64,000 bases of DNA from positions 11,677 to 75,676 of the IMG/VR virus record IMGVR_UViG_3300033151_000166, one strand, 5' to 3'. Source of the DNA: a virus. Positions within the stretch are counted from its first letter, which is position 1. Each line of letters begins with the position of its first letter. The position numbers and the translations under genes were made by a program. The notes beneath the pieces are model-generated. The model was given only the letters and a program-made list of their open reading frames with translations, did not search any database and had not been told where the DNA came from. Shown here in pieces: positions 9,191-17,103 of the stretch.

Positions 9191-9267
9191 CATATACAGG
9201 CGCAGTGGTTTTATTGCTGCTAATAGTTGTGGGGCTGGCATCAGTTCTAGTCCCAGGGTATAAATAA
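9187..9267 (+). CDS. 26-aa membrane peptide
   Basis: AAGGAG RBS, ATGA overlap; MTYTGAVVLLLLIVVGLASVLVPGYK. Confidence 0.55.
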   Translation: MTYTGAVVLLLLIVVGLASVLVPGYK

Positions 9268-9271
9268 TGAT

Positions 9272-9285
9272 ACTTGTGATATAAT
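9272..9285 (+). promoter_or_regulatory. Extended -10 promoter
   Basis: ACTTGTGATATAAT exact. Confidence 0.85.
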
Positions 9286-9309
9286 TATATATATCATAAG
9301 AAAGGATGA

Positions 9310-9573
9310 TTGATGTTAGACCTACTAATGTGTGACGGGGAACAAGCACTGTATGTGTTCCCAGAAGAACGTAAAGTAATATGGAATGAGCGTACCTACA
9401 ATAGCATGGGCAATGGCGTGTTCTTTGGCCCTGGTGGACCGATTAGCGTTGACCTAGATAAGGGTACAGTAAGCGTTGGCAAGCACGTATTCTTGTGTAC
9501 GGACCAACCGAAGCCAGATACTACTATCATGGTTGATGAGACTCAGTACCTATGTAAAGAGATACAGTGGTAG
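9310..9573 (+). CDS. Hypothetical beta-rich protein (paralogue of 9567)
   Basis: AAAGGA RBS; shared L.CD..VIW..G..G.I.VDLD..T..V pattern. Confidence 0.75.
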   Translation: MMLDLLMCDGEQALYVFPEERKVIWNERTYNSMGNGVFFGPGGPISVDLDKGTVSVGKHVFLCTDQPKPDTTIMVDETQYLCKEIQW

Positions 9574-9767
9574 AGCTCATGCTAGTATGTGACTACCATC
9601 AGTTAGTTGTTATCCCTAAGAATGTTATCTGGGATAATGAGATCTTTTGGCAGATCAGTAGTACCATATACCGAGGCGAGTCTGGCTATATTAATATAGA
9701 CCTAGACTCAATGACTATATTCGTCAATGACGATTTATACAAATGTAAGGAGGCACCAGATGCCTAA
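9567..9767 (+). CDS. Hypothetical beta-rich protein (paralogue of 9310)
   Basis: Sequence similarity to the upstream ORF. Confidence 0.7.
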   Translation: MVELMLVCDYHQLVVIPKNVIWDNEIFWQISSTIYRGESGYINIDLDSMTIFVNDDLYKCKEAPDA

Positions 9768-10161
9768 GAGAAGTAGAGAACCAATATTTGAAAGTGAGCT
9801 TGGTTACATTATAACTCACGATGACTTAGGTCATAGACCCAATTTACCTGAGTTACTAACTGAACTAACAGAGATGTGTAGTGCAATGAGTGATGGCATC
9901 GTACAAGCAGATGAGCGTCAAGAGTTGATTGCTGAACTGTTCTACTTTAGTGTTCGTGATGGTCGCCGTGTACTCAGTGTTATGGCCCCTCTAAAGCCTT
10001 GCCCATTCTGTGGTAACGATGATATTGATGGTAAACGTGGTAGTGGCGATGATCGAGACTACTGGTACTATGAGTGTAGTCAATGTAATGTACGTCTACC
10101 ACTATGCCGTACCAATAGTGATGCAATCAATGCCTGGAACACTCGTGTCGACTGCAATTGA
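9760..10161 (+). CDS. Protein with a C-terminal Lar-family (restriction alleviation) Zn ribbon
   Basis: LKPCPFCG...YECSQC...AINAWNTR signature; AAGGAGG RBS before ATG 9760. Confidence 0.8.
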   Translation: MPKRSREPIFESELGYIITHDDLGHRPNLPELLTELTEMCSAMSDGIVQADERQELIAELFYFSVRDGRRVLSVMAPLKPCPFCGNDDIDGKRGSGDDRDYWYYECSQCNVRLPLCRTNSDAINAWNTRVDCN

Positions 10162-10375
10162 TCTACTAGTCTACGACGTCATAGACGTACATGACTTCAA
10201 AGAGTTAGAGATGATACTTGATGAACTCGAGGTCACTCTAACCGACTGTTGGGTTATCAAGAATAGACTCGAAGCTTTCGAGCTTGATGCTCTATCTAAG
10301 ACAGACCCTAACAATATGGCTGCAAGCTTTGCTAAGACGTGTGAGCTTGTAGTACAATACTATCAACGATTCTAA
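10010..10375 (+). CDS. Hypothetical protein (true start probably ~10120-10145)
   Basis: Fills the gap in the co-oriented chain. Confidence 0.55.
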   Translation: MVTMILMVNVVVAMIETTGTMSVVNVMYVYHYAVPIVMQSMPGTLVSTAIDLLVYDVIDVHDFKELEMILDELEVTLTDCWVIKNRLEAFELDALSKTDPNNMAASFAKTCELVVQYYQRF

Positions 10376-10385
10376 AGGACGGACT

Positions 10386-10784
10386 ATGATGAACCAAAAA
10401 CAAATGAGAGACCTAGACTACTTCCTATCACGTGGTGTGCTTGCAGGCAGTAGAGCCTGGTCAACTAACTTCAAGGCTGATGCTGACTATGATATCTTTA
10501 TGTACTGGGCAGATGTACCAGATGATATTAAACGTAGTGACAGCATCGTTAACTATGGTCAAGCAGCTGGAGTGATCTCAGTATTCTATGTCATCACTGC
10601 TGAAGGTGAGACTATCAACGTACAAACAGTGAAAGACCCTCAAACTTTATACAAGTTTAGACTGGCGTCACTAATCATGAAGCAGCTGTTCCCTATCAAT
10701 GACAAGGTCAAACGTATCAAGCACTGGCGTCATGCACTGACCATGGCAAATGTTCAACCCTACAGAGAATACACGACTGACTAG
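10386..10784 (+). CDS. Minimal Pol-beta-fold nucleotidyltransferase
   Basis: LAGSRAW...ADYDIF (GS + DxD motif). Confidence 0.7.
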   Translation: MMNQKQMRDLDYFLSRGVLAGSRAWSTNFKADADYDIFMYWADVPDDIKRSDSIVNYGQAAGVISVFYVITAEGETINVQTVKDPQTLYKFRLASLIMKQLFPINDKVKRIKHWRHALTMANVQPYREYTTD

Positions 10785-10808
10785 ACTACCCTCTTCACAA
10801 TTACCCTA

Positions 10809-10832
10809 TAGTAAAGTGTATACACTTTACTA
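10809..10832. repeat. Perfect 24-bp palindrome abutting an RBS
   Basis: TAGTAAAGTGTA|TACACTTTACTA. Confidence 0.9.
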
Positions 10833-10842
10833 AGGACTCACA

Positions 10843-11859
10843 ATGGCATTGGCAATCATAGATGGCAATAACGGCTTATACGATGGCAACTCATACCTCT
10901 ATGATGCCCACTACTACTATGACATAGGTCATATGACACAGTACTCAAAGATACCTTCATCTGAATACCTACAGTACAACACTGGTGGCACGCACGAAGG
11001 TATACCTAGATACTTTGACGGTAACGTAGAGCTTATAACCAATGCTGATGGCAGACAACCTCAGCGACCATTCAAGGGTCTAACACAAGACGGTATACTA
11101 TTCCAGATACTAGAGACACTTAAGGGTTGGCCTAAGGATAACTCTAACATCTTTGTGTACAAGAACAAATATGGTGAGGTAGAGCTGGTACAAGCGTATG
11201 CAGTTGGTGGTACACAAACAGTCGTGTCTCATATGCTATGTTTTAATGATAACAAATATAGAAACCATGATACTTATAACCTTCGCTACGCAACTAAGTT
11301 CTTGAATGCTAATATTCCTAATCGCAATGCAGTTCCACTCACTACAACAACCAAGACACCTTGGGACTCGACACTGCAAACACCTGATCGTACTGAGTGT
11401 TATATGCTACGTGGCAGCCATAAGCTATGGAAGATCAACAACAAGTACTATGATGCCGTGGGAAATCAATTAGCTGCAATGGCCCTGGCATCACCAAGAG
11501 TCAATGAACTTATATATGCTACCGATACAGGTAAACCATTTGAAGGCGTAGTACCTCAACACCTAATATACGAAGCGGGTGCCGCCTATGATAGTTATGG
11601 CACTAACTTAGACATACCATTCACATACTCATTCGATGAGATAGTACTATCTAGACAAGAGAAATCACTCAAGGGACCACTCAATATACGTGGCTTATAC
11701 TACTGGTGTACACTTGAGTTTGCTACTAATCCTACTGGTGTTACTGGTCTTTATAAGATCAATAGCTATTTAGAGACTGACATAAGTCGTCTACCATCAC
11801 GTGATATGATGGTTGGGATTGAGCATAATAAAGATGTAGTGATTACCTCAACAAGTTAA
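10843..11859 (+). CDS. Tyr/Gly/Asn-rich protein with DGN motifs, possible virion component
   Basis: IDGNNGLYDGNSY and YFDGNVEL resemble the DGNLE repeats of the tail-tip protein at 48190. Confidence 0.55.
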   Translation: MALAIIDGNNGLYDGNSYLYDAHYYYDIGHMTQYSKIPSSEYLQYNTGGTHEGIPRYFDGNVELITNADGRQPQRPFKGLTQDGILFQILETLKGWPKDNSNIFVYKNKYGEVELVQAYAVGGTQTVVSHMLCFNDNKYRNHDTYNLRYATKFLNANIPNRNAVPLTTTTKTPWDSTLQTPDRTECYMLRGSHKLWKINNKYYDAVGNQLAAMALASPRVNELIYATDTGKPFEGVVPQHLIYEAGAAYDSYGTNLDIPFTYSFDEIVLSRQEKSLKGPLNIRGLYYWCTLEFATNPTGVTGLYKINSYLETDISRLPSRDMMVGIEHNKDVVITSTS

Positions 11860-11868
11860 TTACTTACA

Positions 11869-11882
11869 ACTTGTGATATAAT
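11869..11882 (+). promoter_or_regulatory. Extended -10 promoter
   Basis: ACTTGTGATATAAT exact. Confidence 0.85.
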
Positions 11883-11901
11883 ATAATTTAAGGAGTTACA
11901 A

Positions 11902-12522
11902 ATGGCTGATACAGGACTTTTATTACGCGGGGATCTATTCAACAATATCTTTATAGACCCAGTCGTTACACGTGAAATAGCTATTGCTGGGGCTTGGCTT
12001 AGTGCTGGTACTGACAATGGTACTGGTGGAACTGACGTACACTATCTGAATCTAGCAGCGCTTGCTAAGATAGGAAAATTGAATGATGATCAAGGCTCTA
12101 GCGATGCTGGCCTTAAGACTTCCGATCTTCCGATCACTTTCGACGGTGGACTATTTAACCAGCAACCAGAAGGCATCATCGTTGATGAGAACTTCATGTT
12201 GTACTTCGCAGCTCTAGGCTTTAAAGAAGTAACAGAGGACAAGCTGACATTCTTGGATGACAGCTTCCTTGACCTACCGTATCTAAAGTTCCTCAACTAT
12301 CTACCAGATGTAGCTGCAACAGCAGTTGATATCACTGTTACTTGGAACCAGGGTGTTAAAGCTCAGATTACCAATGAGACGAGTGGCACTGCCCTAGGCT
12401 ATGCTACGACCTCTGGTTCCCCTTACGTATATCCAGTTGCACCAGCAGCTAATGATATTATTAGTGTTGCAATGATTGATGGTACTTTCAATGCAGCTAA
12501 GAAACAAACTATAACTATTTAA
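11902..12522 (+). CDS. Hypothetical protein with a C-terminal Ig-like beta domain (possible virion decoration)
   Basis: AAGGAG RBS; Thr/Ala/Gly-rich beta-strand C-terminus. Confidence 0.55.
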   Translation: MADTGLLLRGDLFNNIFIDPVVTREIAIAGAWLSAGTDNGTGGTDVHYLNLAALAKIGKLNDDQGSSDAGLKTSDLPITFDGGLFNQQPEGIIVDENFMLYFAALGFKEVTEDKLTFLDDSFLDLPYLKFLNYLPDVAATAVDITVTWNQGVKAQITNETSGTALGYATTSGSPYVYPVAPAANDIISVAMIDGTFNAAKKQTITI

Positions 12523-12530
12523 GGACCCTT

Positions 12531-12836
12531 ATGAATAAAGCTTACAAAGATCTCGTGGACGGACTAGCTCAAGTCGGTGATGCACTCGTTGCAATTGGTG
12601 AAGATCCTACACCAGCACCTATTAAGTTACTTGTATCTGAACTGGTTAATAAACTTAACCTCAACAATGGCGATGCTGTTGACACTCTAACAATGTTGCG
12701 CTATGCCGTTGATAATGATGATGAAACACTGACTAAACTCACTGCTTACATCACTACTAAACCAGGTGAAGCTCCAGTTGCTGAAGCAGTTGTTGAACCT
12801 GAACCAGAAGCTGAGCCTACACCTACTAAGGCTTAA
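12531..12836 (+). CDS. Hypothetical protein with a Glu/Pro tail
   Basis: AAGGA RBS. Confidence 0.75.
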   Translation: MNKAYKDLVDGLAQVGDALVAIGEDPTPAPIKLLVSELVNKLNLNNGDAVDTLTMLRYAVDNDDETLTKLTAYITTKPGEAPVAEAVVEPEPEAEPTPTKA

Positions 12837-12838
12837 GC

Positions 12839-13072
12839 ATGCACCCTATGGACTTATGCCCGGCGGACTATCCGGCATCAGAAGACTGTAAAAAGATCTT
12901 CTGTGAATACCGTAACAAGAAGGGCAAATGCTCCTTAGACATACAGCTTGAGAACCGCCCTTATGAGGTGGCTGAGATAGCTGATATCCTACAAATCTCT
13001 CGTCAACGCATCTGGCGTCTATATGACTCAGGTGTTGCAAAGATGAAAAATCTAGTTAACCGGTACTATTGA
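12839..13072 (+). CDS. Cys4 module plus a sigma70 region 4.2-like HTH
   Basis: YEVAEIADILQISRQRIWRLYDSGVAKMK matches the TLEEVG..F.VTRERIRQIE.KAL.KL pattern; four N-terminal Cys. Confidence 0.75.
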   Translation: MHPMDLCPADYPASEDCKKIFCEYRNKKGKCSLDIQLENRPYEVAEIADILQISRQRIWRLYDSGVAKMKNLVNRYY

Positions 13073-13077
13073 TAATT

Positions 13078-13097
13078 AAAGCTCTCGAGCTTTTTTA
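13078..13097 (+). terminator. Intrinsic terminator
   Basis: AAAGCT-ctcg-AGCTTT followed by a T run. Confidence 0.6.
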
Positions 13098-13102
13098 TCA
13101 TT

Positions 13103-13116
13103 ACTTGTGATATAAT
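13103..13116 (+). promoter_or_regulatory. Extended -10 promoter
   Basis: ACTTGTGATATAAT exact. Confidence 0.85.
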
Positions 13117-13143
13117 TATACATATCAAAAGTAAGGATAAACA

Positions 13144-13359
13144 ATGGAAATTCCAATGCAGTCAGTCGAGAGCTCAAACATCGACTCAATCGGTTATGAT
13201 CAAGACAGTGAGACTCTTTATGTAGAGTTCAAATCAGGTATTACATACAAGTACGAGAATGTCCCATTCTATAAGTACACTGAACTAATGGATGCTAACA
13301 GTGTTGGTCGCTATCTCAATGCTGAGATTAAGGGCGCACATGAGTATTCCAGACTATAA
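13144..13359 (+). CDS. KTSC domain protein
   Basis: VESSNIDSIGYD..TLYVEFKSG.TYKYENVP...LMDANSVGRYLNAEIK. Confidence 0.92.
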   Translation: MEIPMQSVESSNIDSIGYDQDSETLYVEFKSGITYKYENVPFYKYTELMDANSVGRYLNAEIKGAHEYSRL

Positions 13360-13669
13360 ACTTGAGTTCAGCTGCTGGGACCTAAAAGATAAGCACTTGA
13401 AAGAGTACAACATCTGGTACTACGGCACTGACTTAGGTATCATCTGTATGAAGGTGGTAGATGGCGACTTAGAGATACATAACATCTTTATTGATGAAGC
13501 TTACAGAGGCAATGCTCACGGAGCAAGCTTAGTGAGTCAGTTAAGAGTTTATGTTGATCGGGTAACAGCAGTGGACGTAGTTCCAGATGCTGAAGGTTTC
13601 TGGGAAAAGATAGGCGTAGATATCATTAGACACCCTCACTTTCTTGGCGATCAAACTATTGAAGGATAA
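13340..13669 (+). CDS. GNAT-family acetyltransferase
   Basis: IHNIFIDEAYRGNAHGASL...AEGFWEKIG motifs A/B; start refined to 13340. Confidence 0.85.
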   Translation: MSIPDYKLEFSCWDLKDKHLKEYNIWYYGTDLGIICMKVVDGDLEIHNIFIDEAYRGNAHGASLVSQLRVYVDRVTAVDVVPDAEGFWEKIGVDIIRHPHFLGDQTIEG

Positions 13670-13672
13670 GAT

Positions 13673-13903
13673 ATGAAGGCAGTTACACTAACTAGTCTAG
13701 GTTTAGAAGATTATAAGCCTGAGACGATTGAAGACGAGATATCTAAGCGAGCTACTAACTTTGCTCGTTATGCTATGGCAGATGTAGAGTATGCACTGCA
13801 AGTCCTAGGTATGAAGATGGACGCCGAGCAGTACGAGCAAGCCTTTAGAGCTATGATGGTTCGTAAAGCTAAGAACGAGGTTCGTAAGTATAATGCAGGA
13901 TAA
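13673..13903 (+). CDS. Hypothetical protein
   Basis: AAGGA RBS. Confidence 0.75.
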   Translation: MKAVTLTSLGLEDYKPETIEDEISKRATNFARYAMADVEYALQVLGMKMDAEQYEQAFRAMMVRKAKNEVRKYNAG

Positions 13904-14078
13904 AATAGTTATATCTAACTTGATACACTTTATGGAGTTTATCAAGAGAGAGGTATATACAGCTGAGATACCAGAGAATAAGAAGGCTCTGGTAGCTAAA
14001 CGAATGCAAGACCTAGCTAAACAAGGCTATGACTTGGCAAAGAATGGTGCTATAACCATTACTATAAAGGAAGACTAG
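13893..14078 (+). CDS. Hypothetical protein
   Basis: Overlapping chain. Confidence 0.7.
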   Translation: MQDKIVISNLIHFMEFIKREVYTAEIPENKKALVAKRMQDLAKQGYDLAKNGAITITIKED

Positions 14079-14336
14079 ATGTATGCAAATGATATGAAAG
14101 ACGGTATGGCCATTAAGATGACCCATGGTAGAGAAGGTCACTGTCGTGACAACAAGAGAGGTATCATTAGAGTAGTTGAGGTACCAGTATTCGGTGGTCA
14201 ACAAGGCACTGACGTTGGCTCATGCTATGTAGACGAGATTTTGAAGATTCAAGACTTCGAGGGTGAGTGGCATGCTATGGAGTTAACCAAAGCACATAAG
14301 AAGACACTTATTGATATTAGAAACGAGGGCTGGTAA
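14079..14336 (+). CDS. Hypothetical protein (small beta-barrel-like)
   Basis: AAGGA RBS. Confidence 0.75.
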   Translation: MYANDMKDGMAIKMTHGREGHCRDNKRGIIRVVEVPVFGGQQGTDVGSCYVDEILKIQDFEGEWHAMELTKAHKKTLIDIRNEGW

Positions 14337-14635
14337 TGTTTGACTGGAAAGAGCTTGAAAAGTTGGTAGACGATGGTCGATCACCACTGGCTGAAGACTT
14401 GATCAGAACAGATGAGAAAGCAGTTCATGCTTTTATCTTAGCTCGTTACTTGATGAGTAATAACAAAATCGGGTTCATCATGCTACTAAGCTTGATTGAT
14501 CGTCGCGAGGTGTCTGTAGTCATTGCAGCACATCAACTGTGGATGATCTTTAACCTCAAACAGTTGAAAGACATGGCAACTATAGCATATGAAGAGGCTC
14601 CAGAGCTATTTGTTAGACCAGAGACTCAAGAGTAA
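14336..14635 (+). CDS. Hypothetical protein
   Basis: TAATG coupling. Confidence 0.75.
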   Translation: MFDWKELEKLVDDGRSPLAEDLIRTDEKAVHAFILARYLMSNNKIGFIMLLSLIDRREVSVVIAAHQLWMIFNLKQLKDMATIAYEEAPELFVRPETQE

Positions 14636-14650
14636 GCACTCCACGAGAAT

Positions 14651-14711
14651 ACTCGTGGTATAATATAATTTATAGAGGATATTTGCTGATGTAAATGTCC
14701 TCTTAGATTAT
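14651..14711 (+). promoter_or_regulatory. Variant promoter ACTCGTGGTATAAT followed by a long 5' hairpin
   Basis: AGAGGATATTTGC-tgat-GTAAATGTCCTCT stem just after the promoter. Confidence 0.7.
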
Positions 14712-14790
14712 ATCACAGACTAAGAACTGTGCGGTATGGCTCACGGATTGAGCTTAAAAGTTAACATTTAATCGAAATGGAGGTTGATAA

Positions 14791-15753
14791 ATGGCGTATG
14801 AATCAAAAGAGTATGGAAGTTTTCTTTCAGCTAAGAAGAAGTCTAATATAAATGGCGTGGCACTGTTAAAGTCCAATAGTAATTTATACATTGAAGAGAA
14901 ATTTGATGGTCACCGTCTTGTCATCAGCAAAGTAAATGGTATTTACAGAGCGATGACTAGAGGTGGTAAAGATAAGATGGATATTATTCCTCATATCGAA
15001 GCAGCTCTAGAACTAATGGAGTTACCAGATGATACGATCATTGATACTGAAGCTATTGTCTTGGACGCAGAAGATCGTTGGGCAGCTACACAGTCTGAAC
15101 TTGGATCCCATGGCGCTTGTACTACTGCTGTCTCTATTATTATATTTGATATTCAGCGTTGGGCGGGTGTAGATCATTCCACAAGCTTCTACCTAGATCG
15201 TAGAGCAGTCGTTAAAGAGTGGGTCGCTGATCACTCTATCAATTCGCGGAAGCCAATTGATAAGACTGAGTCTACGAACTTTGTAGAGACTAACGTTCAT
15301 TATTCCAGAGCATGGCCCGTATCAGCATACGAAAGCCACTGGAATAGAATTGTTACAACTGGTGGACGTGAAGGTTTAATGCTTAAAGACAATGCATCTA
15401 ATCGTTATAACTATGGTTGGACCAAAGTCAAAAAGCTTATTGAAGTAGACTGTTTTGTTATTGGTACTACCAAGGGTAAAGGTAAGTATGAAGGTATGAT
15501 CGGGGCTCTTGAAGTCGCAGTATACAATCATGGTACTATCTATCCTATAGGTAAGATAACTTCTTTAGGCGACTTACAAAATCGTGCTGAAGCAACTCAA
15601 TTAGCTATTGATAACAACCTTAAATTCAAGGTTCTAACAGTTGAATGTAATGAGGTCACAAAAGATCTTAAGCTACGTCACGGTGTATTCGTTAAGTGGT
15701 ACCCAGACAAGCTTAAAGATGAGTGCTTACTAGACCAGCTCAAGGAAGACTAA
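14791..15753 (+). CDS. lig: ATP-dependent DNA ligase
   Basis: Motif I EEKFDGHR, IDTE, IFDI, EGLMLK, WTKVKK; C-terminal OB fold with LRHG. Confidence 0.93.
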   Translation: MAYESKEYGSFLSAKKKSNINGVALLKSNSNLYIEEKFDGHRLVISKVNGIYRAMTRGGKDKMDIIPHIEAALELMELPDDTIIDTEAIVLDAEDRWAATQSELGSHGACTTAVSIIIFDIQRWAGVDHSTSFYLDRRAVVKEWVADHSINSRKPIDKTESTNFVETNVHYSRAWPVSAYESHWNRIVTTGGREGLMLKDNASNRYNYGWTKVKKLIEVDCFVIGTTKGKGKYEGMIGALEVAVYNHGTIYPIGKITSLGDLQNRAEATQLAIDNNLKFKVLTVECNEVTKDLKLRHGVFVKWYPDKLKDECLLDQLKED

Positions 15754-15942
15754 ATGACACATAATGGATGGTTCGTTAACCCTCATAATGCTAATTTAGC
15801 AGTGAACTTAGAGCAGGCATCTACTCTAGACTTGAAAGACAATAAGGTCATCATTAGCGGTATCAGAATTTGGACTTTCGAGTCTGACACTGTAGCCGCT
15901 AGAGTTTTCGAACAGATGATTAGGACTGCTCAGCAAAAATGA
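15754..15942 (+). CDS. Hypothetical protein
   Basis: AAGGA RBS. Confidence 0.7.
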   Translation: MTHNGWFVNPHNANLAVNLEQASTLDLKDNKVIISGIRIWTFESDTVAARVFEQMIRTAQQK

Positions 15943-15970
15943 GCTAACAATTACAAGTAGCATAACAACT

Positions 15971-15984
15971 ACTTGTGATATAAT
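15971..15984 (+). promoter_or_regulatory. Extended -10 promoter
   Basis: ACTTGTGATATAAT exact; overlapped by inverted repeat TACAAGTAG/CTACTTGTG. Confidence 0.85.
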
Positions 15985-16051
15985 ATAAATTCAAAAGAGT
16001 ATTGGTGCGGACAACGGACTGAAATCTTTTATCAAAAAACAGGAGTCAATT

Positions 16052-16552
16052 ATGACAAAGACACAATTAATCGCAAGAGCAGCAGGTCTGGGTTTACCAG
16101 TAGAAGACAAAGATACAAAAGAGGTACTTTTAGAGAAAGTATCAAACTTTTTCATCGAAAACGATGACAAAGAGGCGCTAGTATCTTTCCTTGAAGAGAA
16201 CGGTTTCACTCTTGATGAAGAGGGTAACGTTGTTAAGAAGTCAAAGCGTGGTAGTCTTGGTGAGAACCCAAATACTAAAGCTTTCCATACGATCAAAGTA
16301 CTTCAAGATGAGACTCTTGCTGAACTATCTTATGCAGAGCTTGCTAACTACCTTAAAGAGACTGAGGGTGTTGAAACTACAGCTAACTCTATCGCTTGGT
16401 ATGCTAACTGGCTTAAGACTAAAGGCAAAGAGTGTGTTGCTCGTGCTAAAAAGTCTAAGAAAGCTGACAAAGCAGCAGCTGAAGCAGCAGAAGCAGCAGA
16501 AGCAGAAGACGCTCCTGAAGTCGAAGAGACTGAAGAAGCAGCAGAGGTTTAA
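16052..16552 (+). CDS. Putative nucleic-acid-binding protein (small helical N-terminal domain, HTH, Lys patch, acidic tail)
   Basis: MTKTQLIARAAGLGL..TKEVLL; paralogue of 6451; CAGGAG RBS. Confidence 0.6.
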   Translation: MTKTQLIARAAGLGLPVEDKDTKEVLLEKVSNFFIENDDKEALVSFLEENGFTLDEEGNVVKKSKRGSLGENPNTKAFHTIKVLQDETLAELSYAELANYLKETEGVETTANSIAWYANWLKTKGKECVARAKKSKKADKAAAEAAEAAEAEDAPEVEETEEAAEV

Positions 16553-16561
16553 TCCTCTCTT

Positions 16562-17054
16562 CACGGCTTCGGCCGTGCATATGGTCAATGACCACCAAAT
16601 TCGCTGGTGCTTCCCAGACTAAACGAAGCTATGTTAATTTATGATAAAGTTATTGAGGGTCTAGCCATCCTCAGTACGTTTGTTCAATGCAGTCCTAGTG
16701 GTTTATCCACATTTTCTCCTAGGGCTTCTAGAGTAAACTATAACATCACTGTGTGATTTTTGATTTGAGTTCTCAGAACATAGGCCCTCATCCTCCTATG
16801 TTCTCTAGAGCTCGTCATCTTAGGTCTCGTACACCTTAAGACAGTTCTACCTGCTATGGGGTAACAACATAGACGAGTGTTCTGATCCCGATTAATACGA
16901 TTAAGAAAGGCAAACAGGTCGTGCCTTCACACTCTCGGGTCACTAAAAGTCTCATACCATCTCTAGGTGACCCGGTATTATCCAATCAACCTTCTTTCAA
17001 TACTTCCCTGACATAACGCCTTTAGTTAGGGAAGATCTCATATCAAGCAAATCT
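16562..17054 (+). ncRNA. Candidate structured ncRNA: array of packed hairpins with anti-SD/anti-start-codon loops
   Basis: No ORF; more than 10 adjacent stems whose G-U pairs work on the + strand; C/U-rich loops with CAT..CCT. Confidence 0.65.
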
Positions 17055-17060
17055 ATTCAT

Positions 17061-17074
17061 ACTTGTGTTATAAT
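17061..17074 (+). promoter_or_regulatory. Extended -10 promoter
   Basis: ACTTGTGTTATAAT. Confidence 0.85.
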
Positions 17075-17103
17075 AATTTAAACTAAAACTCAAAGGCTAG
17101 ATA

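Noticed and set aside
16703-16711. Perfect DnaA box TTATCCACA
   Set aside because: Single copy inside a hairpin loop; compatible with chance
16562-17054. tRNA, tmRNA, CRISPR or TIGR array
   Set aside because: No cloverleaf, T-loop or CCA end, no conserved sequence repeats or fixed period, and no Cas or Nop-domain gene recognisable nearby
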